A stretch of 64,000 nucleotides of DNA, from positions 115,128 to 179,127 of the forward strand of contig NIVC01001886.1 of assembly GCA_002269645.1 (NCBI GenBank), read 5' to 3'. Each line of letters begins with the position of its first letter. The stretch's first letter is position 1. Origin of the DNA: Macrostomum lignano (taxonomy: Eukaryota). A program made the translations under genes and the position numbers. The notes beneath the pieces were generated by a model. The model had not been told where the DNA came from, did no database searches, and saw nothing but the letters and a program-made list of their open reading frames with translations. This document shows positions 1 to 13,084 of this stretch, piece by piece.

Positions 1-142
1 ACTACGACTACGAGCTACAATTTTTAGGCACCGTTAATTATAGGCCTAGCAAAATAAGGAATGCCTATCTGCCACAATCTAATAAAAGAAATTGAATTGA
101 CAAGATTATGAATAATATTATTATGCTTATAGAATTTAAACT

Positions 143-1330
143 AGCAATCTACGCCCCCCGTTGGGGAGCCAAAGAAATGCAATACACGTTTTTTTAATAA
201 GCTACATGTATCCTTGAAATCTTAAAAAATCTCCTGTCAAACCTTGTAAGCCTTGACATGTCAGTTATCCCCCCCACAAGCTTTAACATATCAACTTCCC
301 CCCTTGACATCTCAGCAATGCCCCCAATAAGCCTTGGAAATCTAAAAATATCTGTCAACCTTCTAACCCTAACCCTAGCCTAACCCTAACCCTAACCCTA
401 ACCCTAACCTAACCCTAAAGCATTGAAATTTCAGTAATTCTCCCTAAGAGTCATTATAGCACTACTACAGCATTATAGCGATTCCTTGCAAGCCTCAACA
501 TCGTAGGGATTCCCAAATGAATCTCTTAACTTCGACATGAAGCTTCTTTTATTTTTTACATTACGCTTTTTTATCAGCGATCCCTCCCCTGAGGAGGCAT
601 CAAATAATGTAATAAAAAGTTTTCAATAAACTACATGTAGCTTCTGACTTTAGCCTTGAAATCTCATTTATACCCCCGTGAGCCTTGACATCTCAGCTAT
701 TCCCCCCGTAAGCCTTGACATGTCAGCAATGGCCCCATAAACCTTGAAATCTAAAAAATCCCCTGTTAACCTTGAAACCCGATAAAATATAACCCTCAAC
801 CCACACCTGACCTAAACCTAACTTTAACCCAACCTAAAGCCTTGAAATCTCAGCAATTCTTCTCCCCTAAGCCTTAACATTTTAGTGATTCTTTCTTTAA
901 GAATCACAGCACTATAACGATTTCCACCAAGCTTTGACATCGTAGCAATTCCCAAATGAATCTTTTAACTTCGACATGACTTTTCTTTTATGTATACATA
1001 GTGCTACTTTTATTTTTTACATGACTTTTCTTCTATCAGCGGCCCCCCCCCCCGTGACGAGCCAACAAAGAATGCAATAAAAAAATGGAGTAAAGTACAT
1101 GAACTTTGAAGTAGCTTCTGACTTTTGCTTTGACATCTCAGAAACCCCCCCCCCCTGTAATCTCAGTTATTCTCTGAGAGCCTTGACGTCTCAGTTTTTC
1201 TCCCCAGCACAGCATTATAGTTGCATTTAATTTTTACATGAACCCTTCATGTCTGACATGACGTTTCTTTTATTCTACCATGATGCTTCTCAATTTTTTA
1301 AATGACACTTTCATTAGTTTTTAAATGAGG
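143..1330. repeat. Diverged higher-order tandem repeat, about 450-bp unit, roughly 2.6 copies
   Basis: Homologous blocks recur at ~143, ~576 and ~1038 (AGC..CCCCC..GAGCC..AAAGAA(A)TGCAATA). GGATTCCCAAATGAATCT..TAACTTCGACATGA-like block occurs at ~507 and ~948. Internal CCTTGACATCTCAGC subrepeats. Confidence 0.7.
364..417. repeat. Interstitial telomere-type (CCCTAA)n tract
   Basis: About 9 mostly perfect TAACCC units; a degenerate counterpart at ~788-836. Confidence 0.85.
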
Positions 1331-3880
1331 CTTCTATGATTTTTTCTTGACGCTTCTATGATTTTTACATGACGCTTCTATGATTTTTTACATGACGCTT
1401 CTATGATTTTTATATGACGTTTCTATGATTGTTTACATGACGCTTCTATGATTGTTTACATGACGCTTCTAAGATTTTTTACATGACGCTTCTATGATTG
1501 TTTACATGACGCTTTTATGATTTTTTACATGACGCTTCTAAGATTTTTTACATGACGCTTCTACGATTTTTTACATGACGCTTCTATGATTGTTTACATG
1601 ACGCTTCTATGATTGTTTACATGACGCTTCTATGATTGTTTACATGACGCTTCTATGATTGTTTACATGACGCTTCTATGATTTTTTACATGACGCTTCT
1701 ATGATTGTTTACATGACGCTTCTATGATTGTTTACATGACGCTTCTATGATTGTTTACATGACGCTTCTATGATTGTTTACATGACGCTTCTATGATTGT
1801 TTACATGACGCTTCTATGATTGTTTACATGACGCTTCTTCGATTTTTTACATGACGCTTCTATGATTGTTTACAGTACGCTTCTATGATTTTTTACATGA
1901 CGCTTCTATGATTGTTTACATGACGCTTCTATGATTTTTTACATGGCGCTTCTATGATTGTTTACATGACGCTTCTATGATTTTTTACATGACGCTTCTA
2001 TGATTGTTTACATGACGCTTCTATGATTGTTTACATGACGCTTCTATGATTGTTTACATGACGCTTCTATGATTGTTTACATGACGCTTCTATGATTGTT
2101 TACATGACGCTTCTATGATTGTTTACATGACGCTTCTTCGATTTTTTACATGACGCTTCTATGATTGTTTACAGTACGCTTCTATGATTTTTTACATGAC
2201 GCTTCTATGATTGTTTACATGACGCTTCTATGATTTTTTACATGGCGCTTCTATGATTGTTTACATGACGCTTCTATGATTGTTTACATGACGCTTCTTC
2301 GATTTTTTACATGACGCTTCTATGATTGTTTACATGACGCTTCTACGATTTTTTACATGACGCTTTTATGATTGTTTACATGACGCTTCTACGATTTTTA
2401 TATGACGCTTCTATGATTTTTTACATGACGCTTCTATGATTATTTACATGACGCTTCTATGATTGTTTACATGACGCTTCTATGATTGTTTACATGACGC
2501 TTCTATGATTGTTTACATGACGCTTCTATGATTGTTTACATGACGCTTCTAAGATTTTTTACATGACGCTTCTATGATTGTTTACATGACGCTTCTACGA
2601 TTTTTTACATGACGCTTTTATGATTGTTTACATGACGCTTCTACGATTGTTTACATGACGCCTCTACGATTTTTTACATGACGCTTCTATGATTATTTAC
2701 ATGACGCTTCTATGATTGTTTACATGACGCTTCTATGATTGTTTACATGACGCTTCTATGATTGTTTACATGACGCTTCTATGATTTTTTACATGGCGCT
2801 TCTATGATTGTTTACATGACGCTTCTATGATTGTTTACATGACGCTTCTAAGATTTTTTACATGACGCTTCTATGATTGTTTACATGACGCTTCTACGAT
2901 TTTTTACATGACGCTTTTATGATTGTTTACATGACGCTTCTACGATTTTTATATGACGCTTCTATGATTTTTTACATGACGCTTCTATGATTATTTACAT
3001 GACGCTTCTATGATTGTTTACATGACGCTTCTATGATTGTTTACATGACGCTTCTATGATTGTTTACATGACGCTTCTATGATTTTTTTAAATGACGCTT
3101 CTATGATTTTTTACATGACGCTTCTATGATTGTTTACATGACGCTTCTATGATTGTTTGCATGACGCTTCTATGATTGTTTACATGACGCTTCTATGATT
3201 GTTTACATGACGCCTCTACGATTGTTTACATGACGCTTCTATGATTGTTTACATGACGCTTCTATGATTTTTTACATGACGCTTCTATGATTGTTTACAT
3301 GACGCTTCTATGATTTTTTACATGACGCTTCTATGATTGTTTACATGACGCTTCTATGATTGTTTACATGACGCTTCTATGATTGTTTACATGACGCTTC
3401 TATGATTGTTTACATGACGCTTTTATGATTTTTTACATGACGCTTCTAAGATTTTTTACATGACGCTTCTACGATTTTTTACATGACGCTTCTATGATTG
3501 TTTACATGACGCTTCTATGATTTTTTACATGACGCTTCTATGATTGTTTACATGACGCTTCTACGATTTTTAAATGACGCTTCTATGATTTTTTACATGA
3601 CGCTTCTATGATTGTTTACATGACGCTTCTATGATTGTTTACATGACGCTTCTATGATTGTTAACATGACGCTTCTATGATTGTTTACATGACGCTTCTA
3701 TGATTGTTTACATGACGCTTCTATGATTGTTTACATGACGCTTCTAAGATTTTTTACATGACGCTTCTACGATTTTTTAAATGACGCTTCTATGATTGTT
3801 TACATGACGCTTCTATGATTGTTTACATGACGCTTTTATGATTGTTTACATGACGCTTCTACGATTTTTATGCGACGCTT
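1330..3880. repeat. 23-bp minisatellite (ACATGACGCTTCTATGATTGTTT)n, about 110 copies
   Basis: Direct reading of the tandem units. Confidence 0.97.
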
Positions 3881-5206
3881 CTTTTTAAAAAGTCTTTTAG
3901 TTTTCCTGACGTTGAAAAGCTTTAATTAAAAAAATTATACTCAAATTCAAACCATCGAAAATTCAAACCATCGTCACTGCATTTAGCAGTTCAGTTTGTT
4001 CACCTTTAGGCTAGCTCTCATCGTTTTGATAACATCAACTTTTACACTTATATAACTCAACACTTTTAAATCCAAGCATAGAGTAAATCACACGAAGCAG
4101 TTATGACATAATCAGTTTCTCAGTCAGTCAGTATCAGTTAACAATATGGTTACGCAATTTAAATCAAGTCTGGTGCTACGCTTCCACACTGCATTTTCAA
4201 TTCAAGTCGGAGTTACGCTCGTACAATTCAGTTATGATGCAATCTATTTCAGAGTCAGAATTCAACCAGTCAGTTTTTTCTCTAGCATTCTTACAATGCA
4301 TTTCAAGTCAAAAAGTTTGCTTGACCTTTGCAAAAAAGCATGTTTTTCGAATATTTAATGCCTTTAGCATCGAGCAATTTCTTAGCCACGATGCATGTAC
4401 CGTCACGGGAAAATTTCTGATCGAACAGTGCAAGTTCGAACAAAATCGGTCCAGCCATTTTTTCTCTAATCTATCACATATATATATATAGACATCACAT
4501 TTTTAGTATATAGGATATACATATGTACATTTGCACTTTGCCTACTTTTGTACTTTTTAATATAGGCCTATAGGCCCCCCTATGCCTAGCCCTACTAAAT
4601 CTAGTAATTGGTTAATTTAATAAAAAGTAAAAATCAATGATGCTTACAAATATAAACATCATTTCAATGACAATAAGCCTATGCTCAAAAGCATAAATAG
4701 ATCTAGGCCTATACTCTATTAAACTTATTGGATCAAATTAGGCTTGCTATTACCATTTGTCTTATTTTTAGGGAACCAATCAAAAGGGTGACAAATCAAA
4801 AGGGAAGCAGTAAAAAAAAGTGATAGTCATAGTATATTATTTGTTAGACAATTAAACAGTTATAATTTCTATGATATATAATATTTTGATATAGATTATG
4901 GAAAATTGACAGGAGTACAAAGGCAGAACATTTATATTTGTGTTTCAATCATCTAGACATCTATTATTTTAGTTTGTATATAGCTAAAAATAGTAAAAAA
5001 TTAATAAAAGCAAGCTATATGGGCCTATTGATTTCTTTAAAATAAATAACTTGTACATTTTAGGCCTAACAATGCAAGCTATCTTAGGCCTAGTACATTT
5101 TAACTACTTGTACATTTGAACAAATATTCATGTTAACAATATAGTATATATAGACATGGCACTGTGTTTATAACAGTAAAGCTTAAAATAGGCATATCTG
5201 TCATGT

Positions 5207-6198
5207 CTATAATGTTAAGCAGTGTAAATTTACTTTTGTTTGTAAATTTTTTCTTTTAAAATGGTGCCATTGATGCGGAATGACAAATAGGAGTTGTCTA
5301 TGGCCTGTACTAGCTGCGTAAAGTTGTTTGGGGCACAAAAATTCAGCTGTTTTATTGAGCTCATAATGTCAACTGGTAACACAACTGGTGGGAAACATTT
5401 TTAATGGCACTAAGCATTGCTTAGTTTAGTTCAATGTAGTCCTGACTGTCTCAGATTTCTAAACTGGGTAATAATGACAAATCCAGTACAGAATGCTGCT
5501 AAAAGCTTTGGTAAGCCCTGGGTAAAGGCGTCGCCATAGATACTCTTAGATAGGCGATTCAAAAAAGGCATCAATAGTGCCATGCATGGCCTAGAATTTC
5601 AGTATGGTACGGCTACTGATGCGACACTCATGCATGACAGTTGACATGGACTCGTTTTTGGCCCAGCATTGCAATAGGGTGATCAGCTGCTGCAAGTCCA
5701 GATGGCTGGCCTCGAAAAAAGGAGCCCTTGTATATACTCTCCTGGTGTCAACAGGTTTTATAGTCCCAGGCATAGCCATCAATGAGTTGCTCTCCATTGT
5801 GGTGCTGTAGATTCATCGGTGTATGCGCGGCACATAGGCAGGTCCATTGGTTGGCCAATAGTCCATGACGAGGAAGCCACCACATAGTCTTGTCAGTAGT
5901 AGCCGTCACTTCTATCAGATCCCTTAAATTCATATTTAGTTCCATTTGGTGGCACAATCCACAATGGTCTTAGCGGCCATCCAGCTATTTGCAAATCAGA
6001 AGAGTCTTGAAGTCTCTAAAGTCCAAACTATAGTGAGAAATCAATTAAACTCAGCCAAATTTTTATGCCCCAAAAAACTCTATGTGGCTAGTATAGGCCA
6101 TAGACAACTCCCATTTGTCATTCTGCGTCATTGGCACCATTTTAAAAGAAAAAAATTTGCAAACCAAAGTAAATTTACGCCTGTTAAGCATTTATTAG
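5207..6198 (-). mobile_element. Internally deleted Merlin/IS1595-type DNA transposon with ~150-bp inverted arms
   Basis: 5207-5358 and 6041-6198 are inverted copies. The minus strand encodes N-terminal remnants (WLPRHGLLANQWTC, IDGYAW, PFFEASHLDLQQLITLLQCW, ECRISSRTI) and the C-terminus (HGTIDAFFESPI*EYLWRRLY..AFSSILYWICHYYPV*). The DDE core is missing. Confidence 0.7.
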
Positions 6199-6323
6199 GT
6201 CTACCCACTGCTTTAAATTTTGGCAATAAGGGATTGCCAAATTTTTTTGCATTTTACTTGTAGACACAGCCATTATAACCCTGAGTTGTGGTATAGGCCT
6301 AGTAACAAACTAGCAATCTTTGC

Positions 6324-6644
6324 CCCTATTGCAGCCAAGGTCTGAACCGCGCCGGACGCCCCTCTTTCCCGCGCCAGACATCTACCCGTACCGCGCCAGG
6401 GCCAGTCCCCAGGATCAGTGATTTGGTTCAATTAATCAGTCAATGGCTCGCATCAATCGACGTTGACCCGGCCCTTTGTTGCCACCAGTCGCCGAAGCAC
6501 CTGCCACGCCGCCGCGCGCCGCCGCCACACGCCACGCCACCGCGCGCCGCCGCCACGCGCCGCGCCGCCGCCGCGCGCCGCGCCGCCGCCAGGCCAATCC
6601 GCGCCGGACGCCGTCCACGAAAATGGCCATTGGCTGCAATAGGG
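6324..6644. mobile_element. MITE, 15-bp TIR CCCTATTGCAGCCAA, 8-bp TSD ATCTTTGC
   Basis: Perfect TIRs at 6324-6338 and 6630-6644; exact TSD at 6316-6323 and 6645-6652. Confidence 0.92.
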
Positions 6645-6761
6645 ATCTTTGCCCCCCGATGGGGGACATCTAAATAGAATATCTGTTCTCTAAAAGTAAC
6701 AAAAAGACAGCGAAATAAAGCTTTCACAAAGACAACAGACATTCTATCTGTAAAGAAAACA

Positions 6762-7425
6762 TCCCCAGACAGCATGCAAGCATCTCCCAGATAGCATGCA
6801 AGCATCTCCCAGATAGCAAGCATCCCCCAAATAGCAAGAATCCCCCAGATAGCAAGCATCCCCAGACAGCATGCAAGCATCTTCCAGATAGCAAGCATCC
6901 CCCAGATAGCAAGCATCCCCAGACAGCATGCAAGCATCTCCCAGATAGCACGAATCCCCTAGATATAGCAAGCATCCCCAGACAGCACGCAAGCATCCCT
7001 CAGATAGCAAGAATCCCCCAGATAGCAAGCATCTCCCAGATAGCAAGAATCGCCCAGATAGCAAGCATCTCCCAGATAGCAAGAATCGCCCAGATAGCAA
7101 GCATCTCCCAGATAGCAAGAATCGCCCAGATAGCAAGCATCCCCAGACAGCATGCAAGCATCCCCAAACAGCATGCAACCATCCCCCAGATAGCAAGCAT
7201 CCCTGGATACAAAGAATCCTTATAGATAGCTAGCAACCCCCTCTCAGATGGCAAGTACCCTCCACTCCCCAAGAGCAAGCATCCCCCAATAGCAAGTTAC
7301 CCCAGATAGCAAGCATTCTTCCGATAGCAAGCATCCCTCCCCCCAATAGCAAGCATCACTCAGATAGCAAGCATCCCCCTGATAGCAAGTATCCATCCTT
7401 AAATAGCAAGCATCCACCAGACATC
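6762..7425. repeat. About 18-bp minisatellite (CCCAGATAGCAAGCATCT)n with longer variants
   Basis: Tandem units; explains the repetitive ORFs at 6724-7278. Confidence 0.9.
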
Positions 7426-7494
7426 AAGTAGCTAGTGCAATAATTTCCTTAGCTTTATAGTGGCTCCATTTTGTTTGGCATGACACTTCTTTTT

Positions 7495-8295
7495 ATGTTT
7501 GACATGGTGGCTCTTCTATGTTTGACATGGACACATGGTGTCTCTTCTATGTTTGACATGGTGGCTCTTCTATGTTTGACATGGTAGCTCTTTAATGTTT
7601 GACATGGAGTCACGTATATGTTTGACATAGTGGCTCTTTAATGATTGACATCGTGGTTCTTTAATGTTTGACATGGTGTCTCTGTTATGTTTGACATGAT
7701 GGCTCAGTTGTTCGACATGGTGTCTCTTCTATGTTTGACATGGTGGCTCTTTTGTGTTTGACATTGTGGCTCTTTAATGTTTGACATGGTGGCTCTTCTA
7801 TGTTTGACATGGTAGCACTTTAATCTTCGACATGGTGGCTCTTTAATTTTTGACATTGTGGCTCTTTAATGTTTGATATGGTGGCTCTTTTATGTTTGAC
7901 ATGGTGGCTCTTTAATGTTTGACATGGAGTAATGTATATGCTTGACGTGGTGGTTCTTTTATGGTTGACATGGTGGCTTTTTTATGTTTGACATGGCGGC
8001 TCTTTTATGTTTGGCATGGTGGCTCTTTTATGTTTGACATGGTGGCTCTTTTATGTTCGACATGGTGGCTCTTTTATGTTTGACATGGTGGCTCTTTTAT
8101 GTTCGACATGGTGGCTCTTTTATGTTTGACATGGTGGCTCTTTAATGTTTGGCATGCTGGCTCTTTAATGTTTGGCATGCTGGCTCTTTTATGTTTGACA
8201 TGGAGTAATGTATATGCTTGACGTGGTGGTTCTTTTATGGTTGACATAGTGGCTTTTTTATGTTTGACATGGCGGCTCTTTTATGTTTGGCTCTT
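7495..8295. repeat. 23-bp minisatellite (ATGTTTGACATGGTGGCTCTTTT)n
   Basis: About 35 diverged tandem units. Confidence 0.92.
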
Positions 8296-8424
8296 TTATA
8301 TTTTTTATTGCTTAGGCCTCTAGCTGACTAGGCTTACTTTGTTGCTTAGCTAGGTTGACTAGATTTGGTTAGGTTTAGATATATTATATGATCTAGTCTA
8401 TAATCTATGCTAATAATCCCTAGC

Positions 8425-11400
8425 TAGTGGTGGATCCAGGATTTTTTAAGTAGGGGGGGTGGGCAAATTTTGGATACTGAAACCGAAACTAGAAAAAAAA
8501 GTAATATTTTGTTCATATACAGAAAATGATTTTTAGCTATTTCAATTGATTGCAAAAGTTTAATTTTGGTTGAATCACTAAATTTCATTTATATTTTAAT
8601 TGTTACATGCAGTGCAGAAGAGCATTAAAAATGAGATAGTTAATAAGCAGCTTTTTAGTAGAGGAGTGGATTTTAAGTCACTTATTGCATGCTTTCCCTG
8701 CTGACACTTATTGTTATTGTTGATTCAATCATATTCAAATATAATGAGACAACACAATTGGCATTGCAAATGGGCATTAGCAGTTTGTCGTATCAAAAGC
8801 AGCATTTAAATTTTAATGCATTATTACAACTACTTGTTTGTACAAGTATGATGCATACATGCAGGGATGTAAGCAAACTGGAACAGGAACTGAAGCAACA
8901 GAAAAACAATACATTATACATATGATCTATAACATCTAGTGTCCGTCTAGAAGACAATCAGCAACATCGAAAAGTTGCCATTATACATGTAGAAGATTCT
9001 GTCTATGATTGCCACTTTTGAATGAAGGTAAAGTCTTTAAACCTTTGCAAATGATGCAACTTAGCTCGTAGCTACGCCGGGGCAGACTTGAGTTGAGAAG
9101 AATGAAGTGGGGGGGGAGCAGTGTGTGAGGGTTGGACAGATGAATTTAAAGCTTCCCCAATCCACTTTCTCTTTCAGAATAGTCCAAGGGAAATTGCTCA
9201 CTTGCGCATAGTGGCGACTTTTCAATGTTGCTGAGGATATATATATAGCTCATATGTAATATGCAATTTTCAACTATAACTTTTGAATTTACATATATTA
9301 AATTTGAATGAATATTCATATAAAATGATTGGACACTATGTGAGTTTCAAAGTCACTGCGCTAAAGCAATTAGTAGTTAAAGCAGGCCCAGCAATTGACA
9401 CCTTTGACAGAAACTTCTCAACAGTAGCAGATATATTGTGCCTGTGGTATCACAAATCATGTCCCTATGGATGAAGGCCAATGCGAGTCCATTCAACTGC
9501 TCTTCTCTCATTGTGCTGCGCAAGTAATTCTTTAAGAATTTCAGCAAAGAGAAAGATTTTTCTCCAGTGGCAGTGTAGACAGGCAACATTGTGTAAAAGT
9601 TCAAGAAGGTGCTGACATTGGGAAACAGGTTATGGTCGCACTCCAAGATGGTCTTAGTCAAAGTTGTGGGCCATTTCTGTGGGTCCTCCCTTTGCCAAAG
9701 TTGCATCCACTGGTTAAATTCTGCTTCAACCTCCTCTTCCTCTTGGCTTGGTAGAACTAAAGCAAAGTGCTGTACTGATGGCTTGAGCTAAATGAATGGA
9801 CTTACATGCTTTTTGGCTGTTGCTGGGATAAGGGCACTGAGTCCAGCAGCAATGTCAGAAAGGCGGGAAAATTGGTCTTGCAGATTGACCAGTAGTCTAT
9901 CCAAGAAGGGAACAAAGTTGACCAAATACCAGTAGTCTTTCATATCAGTAGTAGGAAGATTGGCACAATTCTTCTGACATGCAACCTGCCTAGGAGGAGT
10001 GACATCGATTTCAATTGCCTCTGCAGTCTCAAGAATCTTCTCCCATAGCTCACCAAACTTCTCTGCAGACTCTTCTTGCTACTTCTGCAATTGCTCTTGC
10101 ACATGCGCAATTAGAGTCCTGGCACTGAGCAAATCAATTGCGCTCTTCTGGAGTGCTTCTGCCAATCCCTTGGTGAGAGTCAATGTTGCATCCAGAGCCA
10201 CAACTGATACCAAAAACTCTATGTCCATTGAATTAAGCAGAGCTTTTGCATTCATGGATGCTTCTGGGTTGGAATGTTCACAAATTTCTTCAAGAGCTTG
10301 TGTCATTGGTATCAGCAAATGTCTTATTGTTTCAAACACAGCAAATACATATTTTCAATTGCTCCTTTGTGGCCTGACTTGTTGTTTCATCAGCCACAGC
10401 CAGGATGGACACAAACTTTGCACTGTTTATCCGCTCCTTCAGGCAGTCCAGAATTACTTCTCCAATGCACTCAATCAGCTCATTCTGAATTGTCTTGCTA
10501 GTATATTTTGCGTTACTCAGTCCAGAGTGCAGATGCTCCTCTAGCCTCTTGTCTTCTGTGTCCACCATCGCTTGCAGGATCTCTCAAAAGAGACTATCAT
10601 TCTGGCCTGGTTGGTCAGCAGTCTTTAGCACACTATGATCATCTTGGTGTCCCCTAAGAGCAGTTCCACTCCTTGCATAGACTAGGATGGCACGCACAAT
10701 GGAGCTGAGGATATGCCTGTTCTTTGCAATCTGCTCCTGCCTCTGTGTAGCCAATTGACTATCAATATGTTGCTCTGGCATCATTCGCTTGAACTCTTGT
10801 GCTCTTAGTATATTGTCTTTATGGTAGTTTGTATGCTCATGAGCACAGAGATAGCCATTGGCTCCTAAGAGTCTTGCGTACTTTTGCAATGTCTTCCCAA
10901 TTGTTGACCTTGTTGTCCTTGCTGAGTACCAAATAGCATACAAACTTTGCAGAACAAGCCACTCTTTACATGTGAATATGCTAACCGGTTTTTCAGTTAG
11001 ATGACTGTGCCTTAAGAATCTCTTTTCGATTTTTCCCTTTGTTTTTCGCTCTTCAAATGGCATTAGGTAAGAATTAGGGGGCTCCCATGTTTGCGTCAAC
11101 AAAGCTAACTTAGTGGCACTGTCAGCAGCAGCAGCAAGGTCAAATAGACCTATGTCAAAGTCAGACAACTTGCTCACTTGTACCTCATCTGCTTCTTTGG
11201 TAACTCCATTAAGATTAGCATTGCTTTCAGAGGGGCTGGCTTCAGCTTGGTCTGAATTAGAAGTATCAGCAAATTGCAGTTCCAAAGCAGAGTTAGAAAA
11301 ATTCGTAGGTACATGTACCTCAGTATAAGTAGCTGCAGAGGAAGAAATTGGTATCTTGGCTGTGGCAGAAATAGTAGCAGCAGCAGCAGGACCAGATGGG

Positions 11401-12213
11401 GTAGCAAAAAATGCGTCAGCAATTTCTGTCTCTTTGCATCATGCTGTAATGGTAAAGATGCTCACCTCATACTTTGTGATTTTGTATTGATCTTTCAATC
11501 TGTATCAATTCCTTGTCACAATCTTGTCTCTTGTTCATTTAAAGTCCTATGTACCCTTGCTTTTATTTATGCTTACTCGTATGCCCAAGGCCAAAGCCCA
11601 ATTAACTTTTTGGGCTTCTATGCCCAGAGGAGTCCCCACCCCATTCTCCTCCCCTAACTTCTTACGAGTACTTCTTACTTCTAGTTCAGTCACTTAGTTT
11701 CCAAAATGTACATTGCTCAGAAAGATTGAATTCTGAACCCCAAATAAGGGAGGACAAAAGTATTTTTCACACTGAGGGACTGAGCCACTAAGCCACTCTG
11801 CTTTATTTTATTGACCAACCCTGCCCCAGTGCCCCTGTCTTATCCCAAGGCTGGGCCTTCCTTATAATAGATGTCTGCACTGAATGTACACTGTAACACT
11901 TGTATAATACTCAATAGCTAATTTCTGCACTGACTAAGACTAATTGCTGCTCATGAATTGCTGTTCCAGTTGGAAAGCACTTCTACTTTCAATGAAATTC
12001 TATTACATTCCAAGAAAAAGCAGACTTGCTCCAGACAGACACACCCATAGAGCAATAGAAGCAATGAAAATATTGTAGAATAGAAGTGAATTTTTTTGTG
12101 TTGGTCCAAATTAAGCCCAAAATTAAAATACCTCCATTTTGTACAAGTCCAGCCGTGGCAAAAGTGGGGGGGGGGCAGTTGCCCCCCCTGCCTTCCCCCT
12201 GGATCCGCCACTG
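8425..12213 (-). mobile_element. hAT-superfamily DNA transposon, decayed (ZMYM1/THAP12-type transposase)
   Basis: TIRs TAGTGGTGGATCCAGG (8425) and CCTGGATCCGCCACTG (ends 12213). Degenerate 8-bp TSD TCCCTAGC / TCCTTGGC (6/8). Contains the transposase pseudogene. Confidence 0.85.
9377..11430 (-). pseudogene. Frameshifted hAT transposase (DUF4371-like region plus hAT dimerisation domain)
   Basis: Motifs NRHILSSIVRAILVYARSGTALRGH, AKYTSKTIQNELIECIG..ADETT..EQL and FPNV..LPVYTATGEKSFSLLKFLKNYLRSTMREEQLNGLAL are spread over four broken ORFs. Part of the core appears deleted. Confidence 0.88.
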
Positions 12214-13084
12214 TCCTTGGCTTTGCTATAGTCAAGATCATAATATATATGCTAGAATACTTTATAAAAATTGTAGGCCTATGAATAGTTTGAATAGTTT
12301 TTTTAACAATATGGAAAATATATTTGTTTGTACATATATTAAATTTTGATAAAATTCACAATAAAGTGAAGCTTTAAAGCAATAATTCTAAAAATGATAA
12401 GAGAGATAAACCTAATTTATCAATTTGTTTTTAGACTAAGATCCAAATTAGGATTTAGGTTGAAGTTAGAATTTAAACAAACTTGTAAATAGGAAAAATA
12501 GAGGAAAGGAGCTATTGCAAATTAGCTATGCACATTGCATATCTTTTACGTGTATCTAGCAAAGCTTATTAGCTAGTTTGGCTAATTTCAAAAGTGCATG
12601 TTGGTTAAGGCTTACTAGGCCTATTCAGGTCTTATGATTATGTCTTTAATTATGGCATAGTAGCATTCTGATATAGGAACTCAAAAGATGAGGACTTGGA
12701 CCTTTCAGCAGCAATTAATATTATCTAGCATTGTGAAGGGCCATATTGCTTTTCTATCTTGAGTTTTTCTGATAAAACTCTAAAGAACCTACACTTTAAG
12801 TTGATAGTGGCTATGGAAGCATATATAAAACAATTGTGCATGTGCATTGTGGTAATGCAATGTTTATGTGCATCAATCGGTCTGAAAGGCTAGCAGACAG
12901 ACTCTTTTAGTCATGGTCCTATTGCACCTACTCTTTCTCCTTTGCTATTAACTGATGTATAATATACTGTCAATAAATTTAATGCTTTATACCCTAGTTA
13001 GAAAAAATTCCATGATTTAAACTCCAAAGTCCAAATGTGAGCAGAGATGGAAAGAAGTTTTTGTAGTACATAATACATATAATG

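Noticed and set aside
364-417. True chromosome end
   Set aside because: Short tract with unique sequence on both sides.
4010-4500. Helitron/Helentron-like end (CAAGTTCGAACAAAATCGGTCCAGCC..TATATATAG)
   Set aside because: Resemblance only; no partner end or hairpin established.
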